NCBI GenBank assembly: GCA_027340875.1
Contig: DAIENX010000004.1
Coordinates: forward strand, 1 to 57,764
Direction: 5' to 3'
DNA length: 57,764 bases
Source of the DNA: Elusimicrobiota bacterium
GTDB lineage: Bacteria; Elusimicrobiota; Elusimicrobia; Elusimicrobiales; UBA9959
Both the position numbers and the translations under genes were made by a program. The first letter of the stretch is position 1. The number at the start of each line of letters is the position of its first letter. Shown here piece by piece: positions 1 to 9,256 of the stretch. The notes beneath the pieces were generated by a model. The model did no database searches and had not been told where the DNA came from. It was given only the letters and a program-made list of their open reading frames with translations.

Positions 1-1260
1 TCCGGCAAGACCGCGGCGGTACTGGGTTCGCCCCGCCTTACGAACGAGGCGCTCTACCTGCTGCAGAAGATAGGCCGCGCCGGGCTAGGCACTAACAACC
101 TGGCCGTCGCGGGCATAGGGACGGGCGAGGATACCGCCGCAAGGGCTTTCGGTCTCGACGCCTCCCCGGCCTCGCTGGGAGATATTTCCAAGGCCGACGC
201 CGTCTTCTGCGCCGTGCCCGACCTTGAGGGCCATTATCCCTCCATAGCCGCGGCGCTCCGCCAGGCGGCCATACGCGGAGCGGCGGTAGTTTACGGTCCC
301 CGCCCGCCGCAGGTGTACCTGCGCTGGCTGAAGGCTGCGACCGAAGGCCGGAAGGCCTCCGAGCTGAAGGCGCTGGGAGAACTGAAGTCCCCCAAACTGC
401 CCGCCGGAGAGGACGCCGCCGCGGCCGACGCCGACTGGAAGCGTCTGCAGGCCGCGGCCAGCCCGCTGTTCATCGCCGACCCCGCCCTGGTGTCGCCGGC
501 CGACATGGCGGCGCTGGCCGACATCCTGGTGCTGCTGGGCAAGCCGGGCTCCCTGCTGCTGCTCAGGCAGGGCCCCAACGCCCAGGGCGCGATAGACCTC
601 GGCATGGACGCTTTCCGCCTGCCGGGCCAGGCCCCGGCCTCCTCCAAGTCCGCGCTCCACGCGCTGGAAAAGCTCTGGAACTGCGAGCTGCCCTCGGCCC
701 CGGGGCTGGGCGGAGCTGCGATCCTGGAGGCCGCCGCGGCGGGAAAACTCCGCTCGCTGCTCGCCTGGGGCGACGCCGGGCTGGACGGCCTGAAGCTGAA
801 GGACGTCTTCGCGGTCTCCGGAGAGTGGCTTACGCCCTCCGCCAAGCATCCCGCTTCCGTGGTCTTCCCGGCCGCGCTGTTCGCCGAGGACGCGGGTTCC
901 TTCACCTCCTTCGACAGGCGCGTGAGGCAGGCCGGCATCTGGCGGCCGCACGGTTCCCCGCAACCCAACTGGCGCGTCCTGTCGGACCTGGCCAGGCACC
1001 TGGGCCTGCGCTCCGCAGAGACCCTCGCCGCACTGCGAGCGGAGATATCCTCGGCCAACGCGCTCTACGCCGGCCTCGGCTGGGAGAAATGGGCGGACGG
1101 AGAGCACGACGCCGTCTGGAAGGCCGCGTTCGCTCCGGTCCTAGTGCCCCCCGCCGGCGAGGCCCGCAAGCCGGCCGGGTTCTCGCTCGAGGACTCGGTC
1201 TCCCGCTTCGCGAGGCGCCGCCTCTCCGAAGTGGCAGCGCAGGGGAAAGCGGCCGTTTGA
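1..1260 (+). CDS. Molybdopterin-oxidoreductase family protein (NuoG/FdhF-like), 5'-truncated by window edge
   Basis: Frame is open from base 1 (SGKTAAVLGSPRLTNEALYLLQKIGRAGLGTNN), typical of NuoG/Fdh alpha subunits. Later motifs VVFPAALFAEDAGSFTSFDRRVRQ and PNWRVLSDLARHLG. Confidence 0.75.
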   Translation, partial: SGKTAAVLGSPRLTNEALYLLQKIGRAGLGTNNLAVAGIGTGEDTAARAFGLDASPASLGDISKADAVFCAVPDLEGHYPSIAAALRQAAIRGAAVVYGPRPPQVYLRWLKAATEGRKASELKALGELKSPKLPAGEDAAAADADWKRLQAAASPLFIADPALVSPADMAALADILVLLGKPGSLLLLRQGPNAQGAIDLGMDAFRLPGQAPASSKSALHALEKLWNCELPSAPGLGGAAILEAAAAGKLRSLLAWGDAGLDGLKLKDVFAVSGEWLTPSAKHPASVVFPAALFAEDAGSFTSFDRRVRQAGIWRPHGSPQPNWRVLSDLARHLGLRSAETLAALRAEISSANALYAGLGWEKWADGEHDAVWKAAFAPVLVPPAGEARKPAGFSLEDSVSRFARRRLSEVAAQGKAAV

Positions 1261-1286
1261 CAGCCCCCTCTCTTTAGTTGCAGAAT
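1257..1286 (+). promoter_or_regulatory. Putative sigma70 promoter for DUF3015 operon
   Basis: TTGACA (1257-1262), 18 nt, then CAGAAT (1281-1286). Strong RBS AAGGAGGA before ATG 1324. Confidence 0.4.
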
Positions 1287-1323
1287 TCAGGTGGGTTGAG
1301 CGGATAGGCAATAAGGAGGACGG

Positions 1324-1773
1324 ATGAAAAGGATATTGTTAGCGGTAGCGGTCATCGGAACTTTCGGAGCGGCGGCCTTCGCGGCGGACTACGGCAGCGC
1401 GGGCTGCGGTCTCGGCAGCCTGGTGTTCAAGGAGAACGACGGCACGCAGATACTGGCCGCCACGACCAACGGGACGTTCGGCAGCCAGACCTTCGGCATA
1501 ACCTTCGGCACTTCCAACTGCAACGCGAAGGGCATGATAAAGGTCTCCAAGGCCCGCGAGAGCTTCATCGAGGCCAACTTCAAGGACCTCTCCCGCGACG
1601 CGGCGAAAGGCAACGGCGAGTACGTGACCAGCCTGGCGAAGCTCTACGGCTATACGCCCGAGAACGCCTGGCAGTTCGGCCGCCTGCTGCAGAAGAACCA
1701 CTCCGCGATCTTCGCCGCCAACGACGCGGCTGCCGCGGTCAGCCAGATAAACAAGCTCGTAGCCAACATATAA
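1324..1773 (+). CDS. DUF3015 family exported protein
   Basis: Signal peptide, then AGCGLGS, ILAATTNGTFGSQTFGITFGTSNC and DAAKGNGEYVTSLA, characteristic of DUF3015. Confidence 0.85.
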   Translation: MKRILLAVAVIGTFGAAAFAADYGSAGCGLGSLVFKENDGTQILAATTNGTFGSQTFGITFGTSNCNAKGMIKVSKARESFIEANFKDLSRDAAKGNGEYVTSLAKLYGYTPENAWQFGRLLQKNHSAIFAANDAAAAVSQINKLVANI

Positions 1774-1786
1774 GCTGCGGTCTCCA

Positions 1787-1818
1787 GCGGGCCGGCGGCA
1801 ACACCGCCGGCCCGTTTT
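1787..1818 (+). terminator. Intra-operon hairpin / weak rho-independent terminator
   Basis: gcgggccggcgg-caaca-ccgccggcccgt followed by a short T run. Confidence 0.6.
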
Positions 1819-1827
1819 GATTTCCGG

Positions 1828-3726
1828 ATGAAAAAGGCCATTCTCCTCCTGACTCTGCTGCTGGGCGCCTCCCCCTCCCGGGCACTGACCCCGGACCAGG
1901 AGCTGCGGCGCCTCTCGCTGCGCCGGCTGGCGGCGGAGCAGAAAGCCTGGGAGGACCCGTACTGGCGCAAGCTGCTTTACTACGAGAAGGGCTTTTTCGG
2001 CGGGAGCCGCAGCGCGGACAGCGACCCCCGTTTCTTCCTCTCCAAATGGGGCTCGATCAACCCCCGGCTCGAGCTCGACGCCGCGATAGACGGGCTCTAT
2101 TTCGACGGCGAAGACGACGAGAGTCCGGAATGCCGCTTCCCGGAGCGCTACCGCTGGCTAAAGACGAAGCTGGGGGCCGGGTCCGAGTTCCCGCCGCGCC
2201 GCTGCCCCTCGTTCGAGGAATGGCGGGCCGGCCTCGACCCCGAGTCGGTCGGGCTGATCTTCGCGGCCGGGTACCTCAACAATCCGTCCACCCTCTACGG
2301 GCACACTTTCCTCCGCCTGCACAAGCGCGGCGGGGCCGGCGCCGACCTGCTGGATTACACTCTCAACTACGCCGCCTCCACCGACGACGAGGAAGGCTTC
2401 CTTTTCGCCCTCAAGGGCCTGATGGGAGCCTACCCCGGGCGTTTCTCCACGATACCGTATTACCTGAAGATACAGGAATACCACAACATGGAGAACCGCG
2501 ACCTGTGGGAGTTCCCGCTGGACCTGACGCAGCAGGAGATCGACCGGCTGCTGCGCCACTGCTGGGAGCTGGGCAAGGCCTCTTTCCCCTACTATTTCTT
2601 CAGCCGGAACTGTTCCTGGCAGCTGGTGCCGCTGCTCGACATAGTGAAGCCTGAGCTGAACCTCTCCGGGCGCTTCCCGTTCTGGGTGATACCTTCCGAC
2701 ACGGTGAAGGCCGTCGTCTCCGCCTCCCCTGCGGCGGAGCCCGCCTGGCGCCCGTCGCTGTGGAACACGCTGGAGTGGAAGAGGGCCTCCCTCTTGGAGC
2801 ACGAGAAACTGATAGCGGCGGGCCTCGCCCGCGGCGGCCAGCCTGCCTCGCTGGCCTCTCTGGACAGACTGCCGCAGGACAGGGAGGCGGCGGTTCTTGA
2901 GACCGCGGCCGATTACCTGAGCTGGCGGTTCTACGCCAGGCGGATAAGCAAGGAAGAGCTGGACAGGCGCACCGATCCCCTGCTGCAGAAGCGCGCCGCG
3001 CTGGGCCAGCAGCTGACGTTCGCCGGAGCCCCTCAGCGCCCGCCTTCGGTCCTTTCAGGCCACGACAGCCTGCGGCTCGGGGCGGGACTGGTCTCGCTGA
3101 AGAACGGGCCGGCCTACGAGCTCCAGGCCCGCTTCGCGATGCAGGACCTGCTCGACGATCCGTCGGGCTATCTCCCGGACGCCGCTCTGGAGATGGGCTC
3201 GCTGCGGCTGCGCTACGAGCCGCGCTACAACAGGTATTACCTGAGGGAGGCGCTGCTGGCCCGCGTCCTCAGCCTCAATCCCTGGGACGACTGGGTCAGG
3301 CGCCGGTCCTGGGAGCTGGCGGCCGGGCTGGAGCAGGCGCCTGAGACCGGCGCCCAGAGCGGCCGCTCCGCCGTCTGGGCCATGAACGCGGCCTCCGGGG
3401 TTTCCGCGGTCTGGGACGGGCCTGTGCGGCAGCTCTGGTACTTAATGGCGCAGGCCGATTCGGACATCGGTCCCGCGCTGCGCGCAGGCTGGAGGGCCGG
3501 AGCCGGCCTCAAGGCCGGCGTGCTGGCCTCGAAAGGGCCTGTCCGCGTTCTCGTCGAAGCGCGCTATATCTCCTACGCGCTCGGGGACGGGCGCCCGCTC
3601 TGGGCGGGTTCCGCCGGAACCTCCCTGCGGCTGGCCAGGGACAGCTCCGTCAGGCTGCAGTACGCCTGGCGCGGGGACGTCACTGAGACCGGTCTCTACT
3701 TCCACCAGTTCCTCTTCGGGCCATGA
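1828..3726 (+). CDS. DUF4105 (Lnb N-terminal-like) domain protein with probable C-terminal beta-barrel
   Basis: Signal peptide. Motifs WRKLLYY, CRFPERYRWL, NNPSTLYGHTFLRL, EYHNMENRDLWEFPL and YYFFSRNCS. Amphipathic beta-strand C-terminal half. Confidence 0.85.
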   Translation: MKKAILLLTLLLGASPSRALTPDQELRRLSLRRLAAEQKAWEDPYWRKLLYYEKGFFGGSRSADSDPRFFLSKWGSINPRLELDAAIDGLYFDGEDDESPECRFPERYRWLKTKLGAGSEFPPRRCPSFEEWRAGLDPESVGLIFAAGYLNNPSTLYGHTFLRLHKRGGAGADLLDYTLNYAASTDDEEGFLFALKGLMGAYPGRFSTIPYYLKIQEYHNMENRDLWEFPLDLTQQEIDRLLRHCWELGKASFPYYFFSRNCSWQLVPLLDIVKPELNLSGRFPFWVIPSDTVKAVVSASPAAEPAWRPSLWNTLEWKRASLLEHEKLIAAGLARGGQPASLASLDRLPQDREAAVLETAADYLSWRFYARRISKEELDRRTDPLLQKRAALGQQLTFAGAPQRPPSVLSGHDSLRLGAGLVSLKNGPAYELQARFAMQDLLDDPSGYLPDAALEMGSLRLRYEPRYNRYYLREALLARVLSLNPWDDWVRRRSWELAAGLEQAPETGAQSGRSAVWAMNAASGVSAVWDGPVRQLWYLMAQADSDIGPALRAGWRAGAGLKAGVLASKGPVRVLVEARYISYALGDGRPLWAGSAGTSLRLARDSSVRLQYAWRGDVTETGLYFHQFLFGP

Positions 3727-4559
3727 CCATGCGACGGCTGGCGCGCCTGCTGCTTCCTATGGCCGCCCTGGCCGCGGCCGGCTGCACGCATCTCTTCTTC
3801 AAGCCGGGAGGCAGGGCTTACTCGGACCCAGCCGCGTCCGGCCTGCGCTCCGAAGCGGTCAAGTTCAGCTCCTCCGACGGCACCGCCCTCACGGGCCTCT
3901 TCTTCCCCGCCGCCGGTGAACCTAAAGCTACCGTGGTCCATTTTCACGGCAACGCGCAGAACATGACGGCTCACTACCCGTATTCGGCCTGGCTGGCGGC
4001 TGATGGTTATAACGTCTTCATCTTCGACTACAGGGGTTACGGCGCTTCCTTCGGAAGGCCTTCGCTGGGCGGGGCCGTGCGGGACGGCGAGGCCGCGCTG
4101 CAACAGGCGCTTAAGCTGCCGGGCGCCAGGGCGGACCGGATCGTAGTGTTCGGGCAGAGCCTGGGCGGCGCCATCGCCGTAGCCGCGGTGGCGGAGTCAG
4201 GCTTCAAGCCGGCCGCCATGGTGCTGGAAGGAACTTTCTATTCCTACAGGCAGGTAGCCGCCGCGGTGCTCAGGAGGAGCTGGCTGACCTGGCCGTTTTC
4301 CTGGCTGCCGTACCTGGCGGTAAGCGGCCGGCACTCCCCCTCCGACTACATATCCGCCGTTCCCTGTCCGAAACTGTTCATCCACTCCGTCGAGGACGGG
4401 ACAGTGCCCTACGCGCAGGGCCGCAAGCTCTACGAGGCCGCCCCTCCTCCCAAGGAGTTCTGGGAGGTCCCCGCCGGCCACATAGAGGCCTTCGGGGCTT
4501 TCCGCGGGGCCTACGCCCTCCGCCTTCTGGCCTTCATGGACGACGCCCTGGGGAAGTGA
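3723..4559 (+). CDS. Alpha/beta-hydrolase lipoprotein
   Basis: Lipobox LAAAGC, HFHGNAQN, DYRGYG, nucleophile GQSLGG, C-terminal D and H. Confidence 0.9.
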   Translation: MTMRRLARLLLPMAALAAAGCTHLFFKPGGRAYSDPAASGLRSEAVKFSSSDGTALTGLFFPAAGEPKATVVHFHGNAQNMTAHYPYSAWLAADGYNVFIFDYRGYGASFGRPSLGGAVRDGEAALQQALKLPGARADRIVVFGQSLGGAIAVAAVAESGFKPAAMVLEGTFYSYRQVAAAVLRRSWLTWPFSWLPYLAVSGRHSPSDYISAVPCPKLFIHSVEDGTVPYAQGRKLYEAAPPPKEFWEVPAGHIEAFGAFRGAYALRLLAFMDDALGK

Positions 4560-4564
4560 CGCAC

Positions 4565-4593
4565 TTGCCGGGCCGCGGAGTATTTAATACCAT
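4565..4593 (+). promoter_or_regulatory. Putative sigma70 promoter, likely leaderless transcript
   Basis: TTGCCG (4565-4570), 17 nt, TACCAT (4588-4593), 6 nt, ATG 4600. No SD. Confidence 0.45.
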
Positions 4594-4599
4594 AAGCGC

Positions 4600-5055
4600 A
4601 TGCTTGAGAACATTCCCCTTAAATACGTCTGGATAGTGCTGGGCATCATAATCATGGGCATGGAGCTGCTCACCCCCGGCTTCATCATAGTCTTTTTCGG
4701 GCTCGGCGCCGTCCTCACCGGTCTGCTGCTGTTCTTCCTGCCTATAGGCGTCAACACGCAGCTGGTCCTTTTCGCCGCGCTCTCGCTGGTGCTGCTGGCC
4801 TCTTTCCGCCGCCTGGCGCAGGGCTACTTCATCGGGCGCGTTACGAACCCCAATCCCAGCGGCGCCGCGATGGAGATCTTCTCCGGCGAGACCGCCGTGG
4901 TCATCGAGGACATAGTGCCGAATTCGCCGCGCGGCAAGGTGGAGTTCCACGGGACCTCCTGGAACGCCGATGCCGAAACGCAGATAGCGAAAGGAGTTAA
5001 GGTCGCGGTGCTCGAGCGCCGCAACCTGACGCTGAAGGTAAAACCGCTGGCTTAG
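4600..5055 (+). CDS. NfeD family membrane protein (short form)
   Basis: WIVLGIIIMGMELLTPGF N-terminal TMs, OB-fold C-terminus GKVEFHGTSWNA, upstream of an SPFH gene. Confidence 0.9.
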   Translation: MLENIPLKYVWIVLGIIIMGMELLTPGFIIVFFGLGAVLTGLLLFFLPIGVNTQLVLFAALSLVLLASFRRLAQGYFIGRVTNPNPSGAAMEIFSGETAVVIEDIVPNSPRGKVEFHGTSWNADAETQIAKGVKVAVLERRNLTLKVKPLA

Positions 5056-5063
5056 GAGACTAC

Positions 5064-6080
5064 ATGGACATAATGACACTGATACTCGCGATAGCAGTAA
5101 TCTTCGTCATCACGGTGCTGCTGAACTCGGCGCGCGTGGTGCCGCACAGGACCGTGTACATAGTGGAGCGGCTCGGCAAATACTATTCATCGCTGGAGGC
5201 CGGCTTCCACATCCTGATCCCGTTCATCGACAAGGTGGCCTACAAGCACACGCTCAAGGAGCAGGTGATGGACGTGCCGCCGCAGGTCTGCATCACGAAG
5301 GACAATATCTCGGTCGAAGTGGACGGCATCCTCTACGTGCAGGTCGTCGACCCCGTGAAGGCCTCCTACGGCATCACGAACTACCAGTTCGCCTCGTCGC
5401 AGCTGGCCCAGACCACGATGCGCTCGGAGATAGGCAAGATAGAGCTGGACCGCACCTTCGAGGAGCGCGAGAAGATAAACATGGAGATCGTGGCAGCCGT
5501 GGACAAGGCCGCCGAGCCCTGGGGCATCAAGATCACCCGCCACGAGATTAAGAACATCACCCCGCCCGACAGCATCAAGGGCGCGATGGAGAAGCAGATG
5601 CGCGCCGAGCGCGAGAAGCGCGCGCTGATCGCCGAGTCCGAAGGCGAGAAGCAGGCCAAGATCAACCGGGCCGAGGGCGACAAGCAGCAGAACATCGCCC
5701 TGTCCGAGGGCGAGAAGCAGAAGAGGCTGAACGAGGCCGACGGCCGCGCCGGAGAGATCGAGAGGGTGGCCTTCGCCACCGCGAAGGGCCTGCGCGAGAT
5801 AGCCGCCGCGATCAACGAGAAGGGCGGCTCCGACGCCGTCAACCTCCGCATAGCCGAGAGCTACCTGACCGAGTTCGGCAAACTGGCCAAGGTGAACAAC
5901 ACCCTGATCATCCCCGCGGACCTCGGGGACACGGCCGGGATGGTGGCCGCGGTGAGCAAGGTCTTCACGGCCACTAAGCAGCGCGCGGCCGAGGAGCTGG
6001 CGGCCCCCGCCCCGCTGCCCGGGATCAAGCCTGCCGGCCAGCAGTACCCGCCGCTCAACCTGCCGCCGAAACGCCAGTAG
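5064..6080 (+). CDS. SPFH/stomatin-like (QmcA/paraslipin) protein
   Basis: VERLGKY, CITKDNISVEVDG, LAQTTMRSEIG, AMEKQMRAEREKRA. Confidence 0.95.
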   Translation: MDIMTLILAIAVIFVITVLLNSARVVPHRTVYIVERLGKYYSSLEAGFHILIPFIDKVAYKHTLKEQVMDVPPQVCITKDNISVEVDGILYVQVVDPVKASYGITNYQFASSQLAQTTMRSEIGKIELDRTFEEREKINMEIVAAVDKAAEPWGIKITRHEIKNITPPDSIKGAMEKQMRAEREKRALIAESEGEKQAKINRAEGDKQQNIALSEGEKQKRLNEADGRAGEIERVAFATAKGLREIAAAINEKGGSDAVNLRIAESYLTEFGKLAKVNNTLIIPADLGDTAGMVAAVSKVFTATKQRAAEELAAPAPLPGIKPAGQQYPPLNLPPKRQ

Positions 6081-6092
6081 GGGACAGGGCAT

Positions 6093-6127
6093 AAAAAAGG
6101 ACCGGGAGTTTCCTCCCGGTCCTTTTT
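6093..6127. terminator. Bidirectional rho-independent terminator
   Basis: aaaaaaggaccgggag-tttc-ctcccggtccttttt between convergent transcription units. Confidence 0.85.
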
Positions 6128-6132
6128 CGCGT

Positions 6133-6218
6133 CCGCAGTTCCCCACTTACCGCCCTGACGCGCTTTCAGGATCTGTGAGTGGTCTCATAATGACCATGCA
6201 GTCAGTGTGAAACCACAA
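6133..6218 (-). ncRNA. Candidate structured RNA (three-way junction), family unknown
   Basis: Ends pair over ~20 nt with G-U pairs on the minus strand, enclosing two hairpins (6154-6170, 6180-6196). Lies just upstream of the terminator. Confidence 0.35.
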
Positions 6219-6223
6219 CAGGT

Positions 6224-7315
6224 TCAGTTTTTCCTTATCAACTGCCAGGCCAGTTCCGAGGCTTTGGAGAGATGGTCGAGGAGTATGTGCTCGCCGTTGG
6301 CCCTGGGGTTCCTTACCCCTATCCCTAGGTTGACCGCCGGTATGCCCCTGGCGTTAAGGGCGTTGGCCTCGCTCCCCCCCGGCGACGGCACCGCGGAAGG
6401 CGCGAGTCCGGCCGCCCTGGAGGCGGCCTCGGCGGCCAGGCACACTTCGGCCCCCTTCGGATGGGAGTAGGGAGCGTATTCCCATGACCATTTGAACGAG
6501 GCGGCTCCCCCGGCGGCGGCGGCCGAACTCTCGAACTCGGCCTTTATCCGCTCGAGTATAGGAAGAGCTTTCGCCTCCTCCTGCGCCCGTATCTGCCCGC
6601 GGGCCAGCGCGGCCGGAGGGACTATGGCGGTGCCGGCGCCGCCGGCTATGGTGCCGATGTTGGAGGTGGTCTCCGGATCGTGCCTGCCCCAGGAAAGGGC
6701 GGAGATGGCCCTGGCCGCTATGCTGATGGCGCAGACGCCGTGCTCGGGGTCGATGCCGGCGTCGGAAGCCCTGCCCAGGACGTCGGCCGAGAAGACGGCT
6801 ATCCCGGGAGAGGAGGAGGTGTAGGTGCCGGGGTCGAGCGGAGAGCTGAAGACGAAGGCCGAACGCACGCTTTGCGGCAGGACGGCGTGGCGGGCGCCGG
6901 CCATGTTGCCGGCGCCGCGGGTGGTGAAAACCAGCGTAAAAGGCTTCAGCGGCTGGTTCGAGTGGATGGCCCGCTCGACGGCGTACAGGATGGCCGCCAT
7001 GCCGGCCCGGCCGTCGGCGCCCGGAGCCCCGCCCTCCCCGGTTATCCGGTCCGCGGAGACCACCGGCCTTATGGTCGAGGTGCGGCGGAAGGTGTCCATC
7101 TGGGAGACCAGCGCCAGCGAGCCGCCGCCGCCCACCGAGCAGACGATGTTGCTGGTGTTGGAGAGGCAGGCCGCCGCGGTCCCGTCGGCCTTGGGCTCGA
7201 GACCGAGGTGCTTCAGGTAGGTGAGCAGGTGGTTGGCCACCGGGGCTTCCTTGCCGGGGAGGCCGTCGATGCGCGCCAGTTCGAGGAACAGGTCTATCAG
7301 CCTTCTGCTGACCAT
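6224..7315 (-). CDS. M20 peptidase T-like protein, metal ligands degenerate
   Basis: M20B-like fold motifs (LFLELARIDGLPGKE, SNIGTIAGG, GGSEANALNARGIPAVNLGIG). Start taken at MVSRRL (ATG 7315), 8 nt after pepT stop. Confidence 0.85.
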   Translation of the reverse strand: MVSRRLIDLFLELARIDGLPGKEAPVANHLLTYLKHLGLEPKADGTAAACLSNTSNIVCSVGGGGSLALVSQMDTFRRTSTIRPVVSADRITGEGGAPGADGRAGMAAILYAVERAIHSNQPLKPFTLVFTTRGAGNMAGARHAVLPQSVRSAFVFSSPLDPGTYTSSSPGIAVFSADVLGRASDAGIDPEHGVCAISIAARAISALSWGRHDPETTSNIGTIAGGAGTAIVPPAALARGQIRAQEEAKALPILERIKAEFESSAAAAGGAASFKWSWEYAPYSHPKGAEVCLAAEAASRAAGLAPSAVPSPGGSEANALNARGIPAVNLGIGVRNPRANGEHILLDHLSKASELAWQLIRKN

Positions 7316-7323
7316 GGGAGCGC

Positions 7324-8556
7324 CTAGACCGCCCACTCGCGGACGAGGTTCACCAGCACCTCCGCCGACTTGTTCATGCCGTCGAGGGAGACCCATTCGT
7401 AGCGGCCGTGGTAATTGAACCCGCCGGTGAAGACGTTCGGGGTCGGCAGGCCCATGAAGGAGAGGCGCGCGCCGTCGGTGCCGCCGCGAACCGGTTTGAC
7501 GCGCGGGACCAGCCCGGCCTTCCTTACCGCTGACAGGAGGTTCCGCATGACGGCCGGGTAGCGGGACACCACGCCCTTCATGTTCCGGTACTGCGCCTTG
7601 AACGAGAGCTCTATCTTGGCGAGCGGATACTTCAGCCGCATGGCGGACACGATGGCCTCAAGCTGGCGTTCCATCGCCTTGAGCTTCACGAGGTCATGCT
7701 CCCTGACTATGCCCGAGACCTCGGCCTTCTCGATGCCGGCCGCGATATCGGTGAACATCACGAACCCCTCGCGCTTCTCGGTGGCCTCGGGAAGCATGTT
7801 CTCCGGCCAGGCCGCCACTATGTCGGCGGCTATGCGCGCGGCGTTGGCCAGCGCGTGCTTGGCGGTGCCGGGATGCACGCTCTTGCCGGTTATCTTTATC
7901 TCCACCCCGTCGGCGTTGAAATTCTCCTCCTCCACGGTCCCCGCCACGTCGCCGTCGAAAGTGTAGGCGAAGTCGGCGCCGAAGGCCTTCACGTCGAAAT
8001 ATTTCACGCCCTGTCCCACTTCCTCGTCGGGGGTGAACCCTATCTTGAGAGTGCCGTGCGGTATCTCCGGGTGGGCGAGCAGATAGGAGGCGGCCGACAT
8101 GATGACGGCTATGCCCGCCTTGTCGTCGGCGCCCAGCAGCGTGTCCCCGGAAGCGGTGACGATATCCTCCCCCTTGCAGGCGGCCAGCTCGGGGCAGTTC
8201 TTCACGTTCAGGACCAGGTCGTCCTTGCGGCTGATGACGATATCCCCGCCGCTCCAGGCGCGGTGCAGCTGCGGCTTAACGCCCTTGCCGGGCGCGGCCG
8301 GCGCGGTATCCATATGGGCCAGAAGGCCGATGACAGGCCTCTTCCCCTTCACGGTGGCGGGGATCTCGGCCGTGACATAGCCGTACCTGTCCAGTTTCAC
8401 CCCTTTGGCACCGATGGCCTTGAGCTCGGAGACGAGCATCTTCGCCAGAACGAGCTGTTTTTTCGTGGAAGGGAACGTCGAGGATTTCTCGTCGCTCTCG
8501 GTGTCCACCTTCGCGTATCTTTCGAAGCGCTTCCAGAGTTCCGGCTTCAGGTGCAT
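7324..8556 (-). CDS. pepT: Peptidase T (tripeptide aminopeptidase)
   Basis: AHMDT, GADDKAG, TPDEEVG, DGD, GGTDGARLSFMGLPTPNVFTGGFNYHGRYEW. GGAGG RBS before ATG 8556. Confidence 0.95.
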   Translation of the reverse strand: MHLKPELWKRFERYAKVDTESDEKSSTFPSTKKQLVLAKMLVSELKAIGAKGVKLDRYGYVTAEIPATVKGKRPVIGLLAHMDTAPAAPGKGVKPQLHRAWSGGDIVISRKDDLVLNVKNCPELAACKGEDIVTASGDTLLGADDKAGIAVIMSAASYLLAHPEIPHGTLKIGFTPDEEVGQGVKYFDVKAFGADFAYTFDGDVAGTVEEENFNADGVEIKITGKSVHPGTAKHALANAARIAADIVAAWPENMLPEATEKREGFVMFTDIAAGIEKAEVSGIVREHDLVKLKAMERQLEAIVSAMRLKYPLAKIELSFKAQYRNMKGVVSRYPAVMRNLLSAVRKAGLVPRVKPVRGGTDGARLSFMGLPTPNVFTGGFNYHGRYEWVSLDGMNKSAEVLVNLVREWAV

Positions 8557-8629
8557 GCTGCCTCCGTTCTTTTGCGGTGCTTTCTGCAAAAAGGATATAA
8601 TTAATGCATCCGTTTTTCAAGGAGAGGGT

Positions 8630-9256
8630 ATGTCCATCAACTTCGTTCCTAAAGAAGTAAAGTTCTTCGACTTCCTGAACATGCAGGCCGAGAACATCGT
8701 AAAGGCCGCCGACGCCTTCAAGACCGCGGTCAAGAAGGGCCCTTTCGATGACGAGACGGTGAAGAAGATAAAGAACTTCGAGCACGAGGGCGACACGCTC
8801 GCCCACGAGATAGTGGACATGCTCAACCGCACCTTCATCACCCCGATAGACCGCGAGGACATCCACGCGCTGGCCAACATCCTCGACGACATCCTCGACA
8901 TGATCAACTCCATGTCCAACCGCATCCACCTCTATAAGCTGGACCCCAGGAACGACGGGATGATAGCCTTCGCCGACACGATAGACCAGTCGACCCAGGC
9001 GCTGGCCAACGCCGTAAAGCACATGCACGACACCAAGCGCTCCCGCCGCGTGCTGGACTACTGCATCGAGGTCAACCGCCTGGAGAACATGGGCGACCAG
9101 CTGCGCGACAAGACCATCAGCGGCCTCTTCGAGAACGAGAAGGACCCGATACAGGTCATAAAGTGGAAGGAGATCTACGAGGGCGCCGAGGCCACGCTGG
9201 ACACCTGCGAGCACGTGGCCAAGGTGATCGAGGCCATACTGGTGAAGCATGGATAG
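8630..9256 (+). CDS. DUF47 family phosphate transport regulator
   Basis: EHEGD, TFITPIDREDI, LENMGD, IKWKEIYE; coupled to pit. Start at ATG 8630 after GGAGAGG. Confidence 0.92.
   Translation: MSINFVPKEVKFFDFLNMQAENIVKAADAFKTAVKKGPFDDETVKKIKNFEHEGDTLAHEIVDMLNRTFITPIDREDIHALANILDDILDMINSMSNRIHLYKLDPRNDGMIAFADTIDQSTQALANAVKHMHDTKRSRRVLDYCIEVNRLENMGDQLRDKTISGLFENEKDPIQVIKWKEIYEGAEATLDTCEHVAKVIEAILVKHG

Noticed and set aside
6133..6218. Purine riboswitch or 6S RNA
   Set aside because: Loops are not complementary and junctions lack the purine consensus. No downstream same-strand gene, and too short for 6S.
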